DNA of 64,000 nt from an uncultured Desulfospira sp. (GTDB lineage: Bacteria > Desulfobacterota > Desulfobacteria > Desulfobacterales > Desulfobacteraceae). Location of the stretch: NCBI GenBank assembly GCA_963663165.1, contig OY760175.1:6656001-6720000 (forward strand). The letters run 5' to 3'. Position 1 is the first letter of the stretch. Each line of letters begins with the position of its first letter. Shown piece after piece: positions 18,762 to 27,811 of this stretch. The translations under genes were made by a program, and so were the position numbers. The notes below the pieces were generated by a model that made no database searches, was not told the DNA's origin, and was given only the letters and a program-made list of their open reading frames with translations.

Positions 18762-21095
18762 ATGAAAAAGATATTGGCCATACTGGTCCTGGCGGGGGCC
18801 GCCTTTTTTTTCTATAAGTATTTCACCGGCTTTAATACCCTGGTTCTGGAACGGTTTGAAGGCCGGCTCTGGGAACTGCCCGCAAGGGTGTATGCCCGGC
18901 CCATGGAAATTTATCCGGGCATGGTGCTTAATGCCGACCGGTTTGAAAAAGAATTGCAACAGCTCGGGTACCGGCGTCTTAAAAAAAGCGACCAAACCGG
19001 GGGGCAGGGCACCTATACCCGGAACGGCAATTATTTTGAGCTTCATTGCCGGGAATTTGATTTCGGGGACGAGGTCCGGCCTGACCGGTGGGTGAGAATC
19101 AGCATAAAAGACAATATGGTCGAGGGCCTTCGGGGCATCAAGGCCTTTGAGAAAAAAGAGATGGAACGTCTGGACCCGGTCATCATCGGCGGGTTTTACC
19201 CCTCCTCCATGGAAGACCGGATTCTGGTATCCATGGATGATATTCCGTCTCTCTTAAAACAGACCATCGTGGCCGTGGAAGACCGCAATTTTTATTCCCA
19301 TTACGGCATTGACCCCAAGGGCGTCTTAAGGGCCATGGTGGCCAACATCAAGAACCGCCGCATGGCCCAGGGCGCATCCACCTTAACCCAGCAGCTGGCC
19401 AGGAATTTTTTCTTAACCCGGGAAAAGAGCCTGATCCGGAAGGTCAATGAAGCCTTTACCGCAGCGGCCTTAGAACTTCATTTTACCAAAGACCAGATCC
19501 TGGAGGCCTATATCAATGAGGTCTACCTGGGCCAGGACGGCAAACGGGCCATCCACGGGTTTGGCCTGGCCGCCGATTTTTATTTTGGCAAAGCCCTTTG
19601 TGATCTGAGTGTGCCTGAAGCCGCCCTGCTGGTGGGAATGCTCAAAGGGCCTTCCGCATACAACCCCAGAAAATCCCCTGACCGGGCCCTCGCCCGCCGG
19701 AACACGGTTTTAAAGTTGATGCAGGGCCAGGGCCTGATCCCCAAAGAGACTTTGGAAAAAAGTCTGTCAGCACCCTTGGGGGTAATTGACAAGCCCGCCC
19801 AGGGCGGAACGTATCCCTTTTACCTGGACCTGGTCAAACGGCGGCTTTTGTCGGAATACCGGGAAGATGACTTAAGAACCATGGGGCTTAGGATTTTCAC
19901 GGCCCTGGACCCCCAGGTCCAGCTGGCGGCCCAGGAAGCGGCCGCCGCCTTTTTAAAGAAAAAAGATAAAACCCTTGAAACCGGCATCGTGGTCACCAGC
20001 CTGGCCGGAAACGAAATCAAGGCCGTGGTCGGGGCAAGGCAGTTCCAGTACAACGGGTTTAACCGGGCCCTGGATTCCAAACGGCCCATCGGCTCCCTGG
20101 TCAAGCCGGCCGTGTTTCTGACGGCCCTGCTTCATCCTCAAACCTATACCCTGATTACGCCGTTAAGTGATGATCCCATAAAGATCAAAAATCCCGACGG
20201 CACTTTTTGGGAGCCCCAGAATTATGACCGGGAAAACCACGGGACATTAAAGCTTTACCAGGCCCTGGTTCACTCCTATAATGTCTCAACGGTTCGTTTA
20301 GGTCTGGATCTCGGTCTTGAGGCGGTGGCCGGCACCCTTGAAAAACTGGGCTGCCCGGTTAAAAAAACATTGCTGCCGTCCATGCTTTTGGGCAGTATTG
20401 AACTGTCGCCGGTTCAGGTGGCCCAGGTTTACCACACCCTGGCGTCGGGCGGGTTTTACACCCCGGCCAAGTCCATCCGGGCCGTGTACACCCAGGAGGG
20501 AGAGGCATTGAAGCGGTATCCCATGACCATTGAGCACCGGCTGGATTCCGGGGCGGTTTTTTTAGTCAATAAAATTCTCCAGGCCGTGGTGACCAATGGC
20601 ACGGGCAAATCCCTTGAACAGTGGGTCCCCAAATCCATGGGCTTAGCCGGCAAAACCGGCACCACAAATGATCTTCGGGACAGCTGGTTTGCCGGGTTTT
20701 CCGGGTCCCACACGGCCGTGGTCTGGGTGGGCCGGGACGACAACAAACCCGCCGGTCTGACCGGGGCTTCCGGGGCGCTCCAGGTGTTTGGCGCCCTGAT
20801 GGCCAAAATCGGGAACACCGCCTTAACCCTTCCGGTGCCGGAAAATATCGGGTGGGCGGTCATTGATCCTGAAACCGGGGCACGCACCGATAAAGACTGC
20901 CCCAATGCCATGGCCGTGCCGTTTGTGGCAGGATCAGAACCTGAAGATTATCAGTCCTGCCACGCGGTCCAGATAGTGCCGGAACAAACAAAACCCGTGC
21001 AGACACCCCGGCAAAAAGCCTCTCAAAAGGCTCAGCCCGGGAAAAAAGACAAGCCCCGGTATCTGATGGACTGGTTAAAGGAGATATTTAAATGA
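18762..21095 (+). CDS. mrcB: Penicillin-binding protein 1B (UB2H + transglycosylase + transpeptidase)
   Basis: WELPARVYARP, EDRNFYSHYG, GASTLTQQL, SLVK (SxxK), SYN and KTG motifs. Confidence 0.92.
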   Translation: MKKILAILVLAGAAFFFYKYFTGFNTLVLERFEGRLWELPARVYARPMEIYPGMVLNADRFEKELQQLGYRRLKKSDQTGGQGTYTRNGNYFELHCREFDFGDEVRPDRWVRISIKDNMVEGLRGIKAFEKKEMERLDPVIIGGFYPSSMEDRILVSMDDIPSLLKQTIVAVEDRNFYSHYGIDPKGVLRAMVANIKNRRMAQGASTLTQQLARNFFLTREKSLIRKVNEAFTAAALELHFTKDQILEAYINEVYLGQDGKRAIHGFGLAADFYFGKALCDLSVPEAALLVGMLKGPSAYNPRKSPDRALARRNTVLKLMQGQGLIPKETLEKSLSAPLGVIDKPAQGGTYPFYLDLVKRRLLSEYREDDLRTMGLRIFTALDPQVQLAAQEAAAAFLKKKDKTLETGIVVTSLAGNEIKAVVGARQFQYNGFNRALDSKRPIGSLVKPAVFLTALLHPQTYTLITPLSDDPIKIKNPDGTFWEPQNYDRENHGTLKLYQALVHSYNVSTVRLGLDLGLEAVAGTLEKLGCPVKKTLLPSMLLGSIELSPVQVAQVYHTLASGGFYTPAKSIRAVYTQEGEALKRYPMTIEHRLDSGAVFLVNKILQAVVTNGTGKSLEQWVPKSMGLAGKTGTTNDLRDSWFAGFSGSHTAVVWVGRDDNKPAGLTGASGALQVFGALMAKIGNTALTLPVPENIGWAVIDPETGARTDKDCPNAMAVPFVAGSEPEDYQSCHAVQIVPEQTKPVQTPRQKASQKAQPGKKDKPRYLMDWLKEIFK

Positions 21096-21679
21096 AATAC
21101 GGATTTTTTTCCAGGACGGCCTTTATCTTACCGGCCCTGTTTTTATTTGCCTGTGCCCAGCCCCGTCCGTCAAACGTGCCCAGGTCCTATATCCCACCGG
21201 ACAATATCCCCCGGATTGAAACGCCCGGCACCCCGTCAACACCTGAACCATCAGATTCTACCTCTCAAACTGCGGCACCTGAGGCGCCTTTAAAGTCCTC
21301 GGCACCGGATTCTTCCATGACGGTGGCATCCTATTTCCCCTCTGCGCCTGCGGTGGAAAAAAAACGGCCACAGGTTTTAAGATCAATGATTGACAGGGCC
21401 AACACCCAGATCAGACAAGGCCAGCCCGCCCAGGCTTTCCAGACCCTGGAGCGCGCCCTTTCCATAGACGGCCAGGACCCGTTGGTCTGGCATCTGATGG
21501 CCAAGGCCCAGCAGGATCAAGGCCAGTACGGACAGGCCAAGTCCCTGGCCGAAAAATCCAATACCCTGGCCGGGAGCGATTCATCTTTAAAGAAAAAAAA
21601 CTGGCAGATCATTGCCCAGGCCCTGGACAAACAGGGAAAGTTCCAAGAGGCTGAACAGGCAAGGCTCAGGGCCCGTTAA
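21092..21679 (+). CDS. TPR lipoprotein, LpoP-like PBP1B activator candidate
   Basis: Lipobox LFAC, Pro/Ser-rich linker and TPR (AFQTLERALSIDGQDPLVWHLMA). Translationally coupled to mrcB. Confidence 0.7.
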   Translation: MKYGFFSRTAFILPALFLFACAQPRPSNVPRSYIPPDNIPRIETPGTPSTPEPSDSTSQTAAPEAPLKSSAPDSSMTVASYFPSAPAVEKKRPQVLRSMIDRANTQIRQGQPAQAFQTLERALSIDGQDPLVWHLMAKAQQDQGQYGQAKSLAEKSNTLAGSDSSLKKKNWQIIAQALDKQGKFQEAEQARLRAR

Positions 21680-21712
21680 CCCATTAACATTAAATATTGA
21701 AGGGAGAGCATC

Positions 21713-21976
21713 ATGGGAAACATCAGTGAAATTGACATGCGCGTCATCAAGATCAAATTGATTGACGGGACCCAGATTAATGCTTCCATCAATCTGAACA
21801 GGGAACCGGGGTATGACCGGTTAAGCGATATTGTGGCCAGCAGCAGAGAACCGTTTTTAATCGTGTTCAACGGAACGTCTTACCATAAAGAATTTGACCA
21901 CCCCGTCCACCACGACACCCTGTTTGTGAACAAAGACCACATCTTATGGGCATCGCCGGACGATACCGCGAAATGA
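21713..21976 (+). CDS. Small conserved hypothetical protein (DUF6812-like)
   Basis: RBS GGAGAG, RLSD motif and C-terminal TLFVNKDHILW. Confidence 0.65.
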   Translation: MGNISEIDMRVIKIKLIDGTQINASINLNREPGYDRLSDIVASSREPFLIVFNGTSYHKEFDHPVHHDTLFVNKDHILWASPDDTAK

Positions 21977-22223
21977 TCCCTGTGGGCCGATAACTATTGG
22001 ACAAATTTATATTTTTCCTTTAGGGTAGGCGTCAATTGTAATGAGGCATATGTTCATACAGGGGCCTTTCAACGGTCCCTATCCTGGCCGGATACCGGCC
22101 CGGGGAGCTGTCTATCAGGCAATTTACAATGGTTAATGCCCGGTTTACCGGGAAAAATTTAAAAAAAATCCCGGAAGCCTCCGGGGCAACGGATACGGCA
22201 GGACAGCCGGTCCGAAAAGGAAA

Positions 22224-22754
22224 ATGCTTATGACTGAAGCAATCAAATCAGGGGACACCATTGCAGTGGATTACACTGGCAAACTTGAAAACGGAGAAGT
22301 GTTTGATACATCCGAAGGCAGGGACCCCCTGGTATTTACGGTTGGATCGGGAATGCTGATCAAGGGCTTTGACGAGGCCGTCATCGGAATGAAAACCGGG
22401 GACTCCAAAACCGTTAACATTCCGCCGGAAATGGGGTACGGCCCCAGAGATGAAAATGCCATGGTGGAACTTCCCCGGAATCAGTTTCCCGATGATTTTC
22501 CCATGGCCGAAGGGCAGCAGCTCCAGCTTCAGGACCCCACCGGACGGCCTGTGCCGGCAAAGATCGTCAGCTTTACCGACGATACGGTAAAAATGGACGT
22601 CAATCATTTCCTGGCCGGCAAGACCCTGACCTTTGACATCACCATCGCAAAGACCGGCGTCACCCCGCCGGCCTCGAGCTGCGGCAGCTGCGGTACCAAT
22701 GACTGCTGCTCAAGCTGCTCAGGCGCCCCAGGCGGCTGCGGCACGGATTCATAA
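22224..22754 (+). CDS. slyD: FKBP-type peptidyl-prolyl isomerase, SlyD-like, with Cys-rich tail
   Basis: DYTGKLENGEVFDTS, PEMGYG, DVNHFLAGKTLTF and tail SCGSCGTNDCCSSCSG. Confidence 0.85.
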   Translation: MLMTEAIKSGDTIAVDYTGKLENGEVFDTSEGRDPLVFTVGSGMLIKGFDEAVIGMKTGDSKTVNIPPEMGYGPRDENAMVELPRNQFPDDFPMAEGQQLQLQDPTGRPVPAKIVSFTDDTVKMDVNHFLAGKTLTFDITIAKTGVTPPASSCGSCGTNDCCSSCSGAPGGCGTDS

Positions 22755-22774
22755 GCCGCTGCCCGGTCAATGTT

Positions 22775-22866
22775 TATATGAAAGTCTCACTAACAAGCTG
22801 AAAAGACTATCATTTTTCGTTATGGGCGGTGCTTGGTTGGATAACCAAGGCGGCCCGTGGCCGTTA
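22775..22866 (+). repeat. Two-hairpin modular repeat (family A), single copy
   Basis: tatatgaaagtctcactaac...gggcggtgcttggttggataaccaaggcggcccgtggccgtta. Confidence 0.85.
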
Positions 22867-22875
22867 TATCATAAG

Positions 22876-22911
22876 GCCCGGAATCCTTAACCAGGGTTCC
22901 GGGCTTTTTTT
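22876..22911 (+). terminator. Rho-independent terminator after slyD and the repeat
   Basis: gcccggaatcct-taacc-agggttccgggc followed by a T-run. Confidence 0.8.
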
Positions 22912-22921
22912 ATTTCAAATA

Positions 22922-22982
22922 GTCCTGTTCAGGCATTGAAAGCGTGAAAATGAGCGAAGATGAGGCACTGCTGAACCGTTAC
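22922..22982 (-). mobile_element. Degenerate remnant of the GTAAC-ended MITE family B
   Basis: Reverse complement gtaacggttcagcagtgcctcatcttcgctcatt matches the start of the element at 25741. Confidence 0.65.
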
Positions 22983-23183
22983 AACGCCTCTTTAACCGAC
23001 AAGCCTAAACCCAAATCGCCAGCTAAATTAATATGCTTTCCCTGGAACGTCACTGTCCTAGGAGTTGCCCCAGATTTTTCTTGCACGGCCCAGTCATAGC
23101 CGGTATAAGTTCACCATAAAAAAAACGAGTTGAACCGATCCGAAGCAAAATCCGGTTAACCTTTTTCAAAAGGGGTTGGACTT

Positions 23184-25715
23184 ATGCGAAAAACAAGTTT
23201 TATCCTTGTCTTTACGGTTGTCTTTCACCAGTTTCTGTTAATGGCGGCGTGGCCGTCAACCGGAGTGGTCCTGGTGGATTTCGGGCCGGCACAGGCGCAA
23301 AACAGCTTTGGCCTGCCGGGGTGGGACAGCGTTAAGACGGATATTTATACACTGAATGTGGATATCGGCCCCGGGGGAACATCCATATCAGTGGGAGATA
23401 ACGAAGCCTACAACTATCAGCAGGTCAGCGGCGGCGACCGGGCCTATGCCCAGGGAGATATCATCCGGGTCACCTGGTACAATGATTCAGCAGCAGAGGT
23501 CTCCTTTACCCCGAAAATCAGTTTCAATGATCCGGACAGGCCGATCAGTGGCGCTGAAGGGGACTGGTATGACATGGGAACCACGGTCGTCGGCCCCTAC
23601 GGAACCGCTTTCTCCGAGTACACGGTCACCGGGGGTTCCGCCGGGATTTACAGCCTGGTCAATGTAAACGTTAATTACCAGAACCATCAGGCTTTAATCT
23701 GCGATAAGATAGAGCTCATTTCTGCCCAGGACATGTTCCGTGTGACCGTGGAAAAGTCCGGTGACGGCAGCGGAATAGTGACCAGCGAACCGTCAGGCCT
23801 GGACTGCGGTGCCCTGTGCAGTGAAAGTTTTTTTCCAGGCCTGGTTGTTGAACTGGCGGCAAGCGCTTTTGAGGGATCCAAATTTTCCGGCTGGAGCGGG
23901 GATTGCAACGGGGATTGCAGCGGGGAACAGACCTGCCGCCTGATCCTGGATGATGATAAAACCATAAACGCCCAGTTTACCGGCGGCCTTCCCATTGCCG
24001 ATTTCCAGGTGGATCAGGCCATGGGCACCGCCCCGTTTACCGCCGTGTTCACGGACAATTCTTCCAACGACCCGGAAAGCCTGCAATGGGATTTCAACAA
24101 TGACGGCATCATTGACGCCACTGGGCAAAATCCCTTTTTTCAATACACTGAACCGGGTGTCTACACCGTTTCCCTGACTGCCGCCAATGCCCTGGGAAGC
24201 CATACAACAATCAAAAAATATTTGATAACTGTCATGGACCACGAAGGCGGCACCGTCTATGAAATCGGTCCTGAAAAGCCATACGATTCAACCCATGATG
24301 TGGCGCTGTGGCAGTTAACGGCAGGGGATGTGGTCCGGATATATGCCAAACCGGACCGGGAACCCTACAGGGAAAAATTTATTGCCGCCGGAACCGGAAC
24401 GTCCTCCAATCCCATCCGCATCATCGGCATCCCGGACGATGATGGGAACAAACCCGTTTTTTACGGTTATAATGCCGTGGACAATCCAAACTACGGCAAC
24501 TATTACTGGAATGAGGACCGCCAGGTCATCCTGATCGGGCAGTACGGTTCAAAATCCGCTGAGCATTTGATTCTGGAAGGCTTTGAGGTTCACGGCGCCG
24601 TTTATGGCGATTCCTACACCGACGATGCCGGCCAGGCCTGTTATTATGCTTCCAATGCCAGCGGTATCCGGGTGTCCGTAGGCACAGTGACCATCAAAGA
24701 TTGCGAAGTCCACGGCAATGAAAACGGTATTTTTTCTTCCAACACGGACAACCTGCTCATTGAAGGCTGCGCCGTTTATGACAACGGGGTCCATACCAGT
24801 TCCTATCTGCAGCACAACCTTTATCTTGGCGGCGGCGCCCAAAGCCTTGTCACGGTCCAGTATTGTCACATCAAAGATCTGTTGAACAGCGGGCAACAGG
24901 CCAAATTCAGGGCCGAAACCCTGATTTTCAGGTACAACTGGGTGGAAGGCGGCAAAAACAGCGTGCTTGATCTGGTGGAGGATGCCGGCAACGGTGTTTC
25001 CAATGCCTATGTTTATGGCAATATCCTCATCAAACCCGCCTATGCCGATAATGGCAGAATGATTCATTTTGGCGGAGATCAATATGATGCCGACCGGACC
25101 GGCACCCTGTTTTTTTTCAACAATACCTGCGTTGTGAAAACCACCAACCGGAATGTATATCTGTTTCAAATCACAGAAGACAGGGCCAATGTTATTGCGG
25201 ACAACAACATTTTTTATCAGCCCCCCCACATTCCCACCTCCCTTTATTTATATGATACCAGCCGGGAACCCAACCTTACCGGAGAAAACAACTGGGTGCC
25301 GGACGACACCCTTGGAACCAGCCTCTTATCTTCAAGCCTGTCCGGCGAGGACCCGGGATTTGAGGATGCCGGAAATGACGATTATCATCTGGCAGAAGAA
25401 TCCCCGGCAAAGGACATTGTTGAGGACTATACATTCCCGGACGCAATGGTGCCTGACCGGCAATACGTGATGCACCAGGCGTCTGAGCCCCGCCCTGATG
25501 ACGGCCGGCTGGATCTGGGGGCATATGAATCAGCGGGCTCGTCTTGTCCGGGGGATCTGGATCATAACGGCCGTGTAGATGCCTTTGATCTCATCCTGCT
25601 GGTGGCTGATTTCGGCAAAACCAGTGCCGTTGAAGATGTTGACGGTGACAACGATATGGATGGAAAGGATCTGTACCAGATGGCTGCCGGATTTAACCAG
25701 GCGTGTCCCCCCTGA
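23184..25715 (+). CDS. Secreted multidomain protein: InlB-B-type repeat, PKD domain, right-handed beta-helix, C-terminal dockerin-like EF-hands
   Basis: Signal-like N-terminus, GDGSGIVTSEP...FSGWSGDC, PKD (FTDNSS...WDFNNDG...YTVSLTA), beta-helix repeats, DLGAYE and GDLDHNGRVD...DVDGDNDMDGKDL. Confidence 0.8.
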   Translation: MRKTSFILVFTVVFHQFLLMAAWPSTGVVLVDFGPAQAQNSFGLPGWDSVKTDIYTLNVDIGPGGTSISVGDNEAYNYQQVSGGDRAYAQGDIIRVTWYNDSAAEVSFTPKISFNDPDRPISGAEGDWYDMGTTVVGPYGTAFSEYTVTGGSAGIYSLVNVNVNYQNHQALICDKIELISAQDMFRVTVEKSGDGSGIVTSEPSGLDCGALCSESFFPGLVVELAASAFEGSKFSGWSGDCNGDCSGEQTCRLILDDDKTINAQFTGGLPIADFQVDQAMGTAPFTAVFTDNSSNDPESLQWDFNNDGIIDATGQNPFFQYTEPGVYTVSLTAANALGSHTTIKKYLITVMDHEGGTVYEIGPEKPYDSTHDVALWQLTAGDVVRIYAKPDREPYREKFIAAGTGTSSNPIRIIGIPDDDGNKPVFYGYNAVDNPNYGNYYWNEDRQVILIGQYGSKSAEHLILEGFEVHGAVYGDSYTDDAGQACYYASNASGIRVSVGTVTIKDCEVHGNENGIFSSNTDNLLIEGCAVYDNGVHTSSYLQHNLYLGGGAQSLVTVQYCHIKDLLNSGQQAKFRAETLIFRYNWVEGGKNSVLDLVEDAGNGVSNAYVYGNILIKPAYADNGRMIHFGGDQYDADRTGTLFFFNNTCVVKTTNRNVYLFQITEDRANVIADNNIFYQPPHIPTSLYLYDTSREPNLTGENNWVPDDTLGTSLLSSSLSGEDPGFEDAGNDDYHLAEESPAKDIVEDYTFPDAMVPDRQYVMHQASEPRPDDGRLDLGAYESAGSSCPGDLDHNGRVDAFDLILLVADFGKTSAVEDVDGDNDMDGKDLYQMAAGFNQACPP

Positions 25716-25740
25716 TACCGGACTTTTTTCTATGAAAATT

Positions 25741-25892
25741 GTAACTGTTCAGCAGTGCCCCATCTTCGCTCATTCAGGCCTTCTCACATAGCAAAAGTAT
25801 GCTACGAAGTCCTGACTAAACAAATATGAAGCACTGATGAACAGTTACGGACCCTGGTTTTGCTTAGTTTTCAGCATTAGCTGAATAGTTAC
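25741..25892 (+). mobile_element. MITE family B (152 bp) with GTAAC termini and 8-bp target-site duplication, IS66-like ends
   Basis: Ends gtaactgttcagc / gctgaatagttac, flanked by tgaaaatt at 25733-25740 and 25893-25900. An extra internal right end lies at 25831-25848. Confidence 0.8.
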
Positions 25893-25901
25893 TGAAAATT
25901 T

Positions 25902-26426
25902 TATATGAAAGTCTCACTAACATCCTGCGAAGACTTTCATTTTTTGTTGTGGACGATTCTTGGTTGGATAATCCAAGCCGTCCGTGACGGTTTTATATGA
26001 AAGTCTGACTAACTACCCGTAAAGACTTTCAATATTTGTTGTGGGCGGTGCTTGGTTGGATAACCAAGACGGCCCGTGGCCGTTATAAGAAACTGGAGAC
26101 AAGAAACAAGAGACAAGAGGGCGAAGCACCTGCGGTGCCCAATTTATAGTCTACCGTTGCTGGTATCTTCAGTTTCATTATTCGTTGTGGGCTTGTGGCC
26201 CGTGGCCGTTATATGAAAGACTCAGCAACCTTTTGAGTTCTTTCAATATTTGTTGTGGGCGGTTCTGGGTTGGATAACCAAGGCGGCCCGTGGCCGTTTA
26301 TAAGAAACTGGAGACAAGAAACAAGAGACAAGAGGGCGAAGTACCTGCGGTTCCCAATTTATAGTCTACCGTTGCTGGTATCTTCAGTTTCATTATTCGT
26401 TGTGGGCTTGTGGCCCATGGCAGTTA
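25902..26426 (+). repeat. Head-to-tail array of five family A two-hairpin units
   Basis: Units at about 25902-25992, 25994-26084, 26085-26210, 26211-26298 and 26299-26426, each (t)ata(t/a)gaaa...tttc-linker-gg(g/a)c...g(c/t)cc...gtt. Confidence 0.9.
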
Positions 26427-26533
26427 TATAAATAATTGGATTCAATCTTTGTTAAATCGTACTGAATTCATTTGGCGATTACGCTTTGGGCCTCTGAAAA
26501 AACTTCATTGGCTGGTATTCCAGGACGTAGCCC

Positions 26534-26776
26534 TTGCTGATATTCTTTATTTATTCCTTGCATCATAAGCTGTTTGATAAGGGCGCATTCTCCTTGGGGT
26601 ATGATCATACCATCCTTGTCTCGGAAGAGGTGAGTGGGGCTACCGGTTTGAATGAACAGTTGCTGAAATTTCATGGCAAAAAATTAGCAAGGCCCATTCG
26701 TGATTCTTATAAGGTTTGCGAAGATTCTATTGCATGGCACAATAATGAAGTTTTATATGGGGATTTTCGTGAATAA
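26534..26776 (+). pseudogene. C-terminal remnant of an HNH-type restriction endonuclease
   Basis: SLHHKLFDKGAFSL...WHNNEV resembles the C-terminus of HNH restriction endonucleases. The N-terminal part is absent. Confidence 0.6.
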
Positions 26777-26811
26777 CCATAAAACCATCCGGCAAAGCGA
26801 CTTCATCCAAA

Positions 26812-26868
26812 TACAGTCCAGATAAGGAACATTGCGAGGCTGATTTTAAAACCAAAAGGAAACGATGA
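26812..26868 (+). pseudogene. C-terminal remnant of a DUF4258-type toxin
   Basis: YSPDKEHCEADFKTKRKR* overlapping (ATGA) the following YgiT-type gene, the usual arrangement of this TA pair. Confidence 0.5.
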
Positions 26869-27109
26869 ATTCTACTATTGATCAATGTCCGGTTTGCGGA
26901 GGCAAAAAAAAGCATGGGACTACGACGTTTACTGTAGATCTGGAGTCAACCCTGGTCGTTATTAAAAAAGTTCCGGCGACGATTTGTGCCCTGTGTGGTC
27001 ATGAGTGGCTGTCCCCGATGATACGGTTAAGGCCATTGAGCATATTGTCCAAGAAGCAAAAAATGAATATCGGATGGTTGAGGTGAGCCAGTACAGGGAA
27101 ATTGCATAA
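26865..27109 (+). pseudogene. YgiT/MqsA-type zinc-finger antitoxin, frameshifted
   Basis: CPVCGG...VPATICALCGHEWLS, then a frameshift at the cccc run (about 27012) into DDTVKAIEHIVQEAKNEYRMVEVSQYREIA*. Confidence 0.75.
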
Positions 27110-27179
27110 TTCCCCATGATGCATTCTAACAGTTGGGCGGTCGCCTTGGTCTGGGTTAGGTCATCCTGGCGTTGAAGAT

Positions 27180-27465
27180 TCATGCTAAACCGGACCGTAT
27201 TTCATCTATTGCCTTTGGCAGCGCTTCAACCAGGTACAGGGGCAGGGACAGCAGGGTGTAATTGGCGGTTTCGATGCCAGCTGCCGTGTTGATCTGGTGG
27301 GAAAAATCCTGGAGGCTGTGGGGATTTAAGTCAAATCTGACGGCAAGAGGAATGCCCTTTTGGGTGACAAACTGCTGGAGGGACTTTAAAGCGCCGCTTT
27401 TTCCTGATTTCACCTCTACCGGGATGATCAGCGGACCATGGGAGATAACGTAATCTACCTTATTG
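27180..27465 (-). pseudogene. C-terminal remnant of an AAA/DUF4143 ATPase
   Basis: VDYVISHGPLIIPVEVKSGKSGALKSLQQF...LLSLPLYL, with no upstream ATPase domain. Confidence 0.7.
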
Positions 27466-27594
27466 GTTTTTGAACTCTCTGGGTTCCATAAAAAAGACTT
27501 TATGAAAAAAGGATCGCGAAATCAAGGTGGTAAAAAATTACCTGTCCTAATTTCATCATAAGGGCCTTTGGCAACGGCAGAAATGGCTTAACAG

Positions 27595-27651
27595 TTGAAA
27601 ACACCCCCGTATTTTATGGTGTTAGATATTAAAATACGGGGGTGTTTTCAA
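27595..27651. repeat. Perfect 22-bp inverted repeat with 13-nt loop
   Basis: ttgaaaacacccccgtatttta-tggtgttagatat-taaaatacgggggtgttttcaa. Confidence 0.9.
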
Positions 27652-27811
27652 GAGTTGATATATCTAATGGCTTTCGGTTACAATCTTTATTTGAAAACAA
27701 AGCGTGAAAAATGGTAAGGATGGAACCTGTTCTTGAAAAGTGATACGTTGCCTTGATTCAAACGGTGGGGCAAAAACAGGTTATAATTTTGTTTTAAAAA
27801 AGGACAAGAAG

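Noticed and set aside
22922..25892. Composite transposon carrying the 843-aa gene
   Set aside because: The right MITE has its own TSD and the left copy is degenerate with no matching duplication.
25831..25900. Hammerhead ribozyme (CTGATGA...GAAA)
   Set aside because: Stems I-III cannot be formed around the core; the motif is part of the MITE inverted repeat.
25902..26426. CRISPR array
   Set aside because: Units are 88-128 bp, the variable parts are themselves hairpins that recur elsewhere (not unique spacers), and no cas genes are present.
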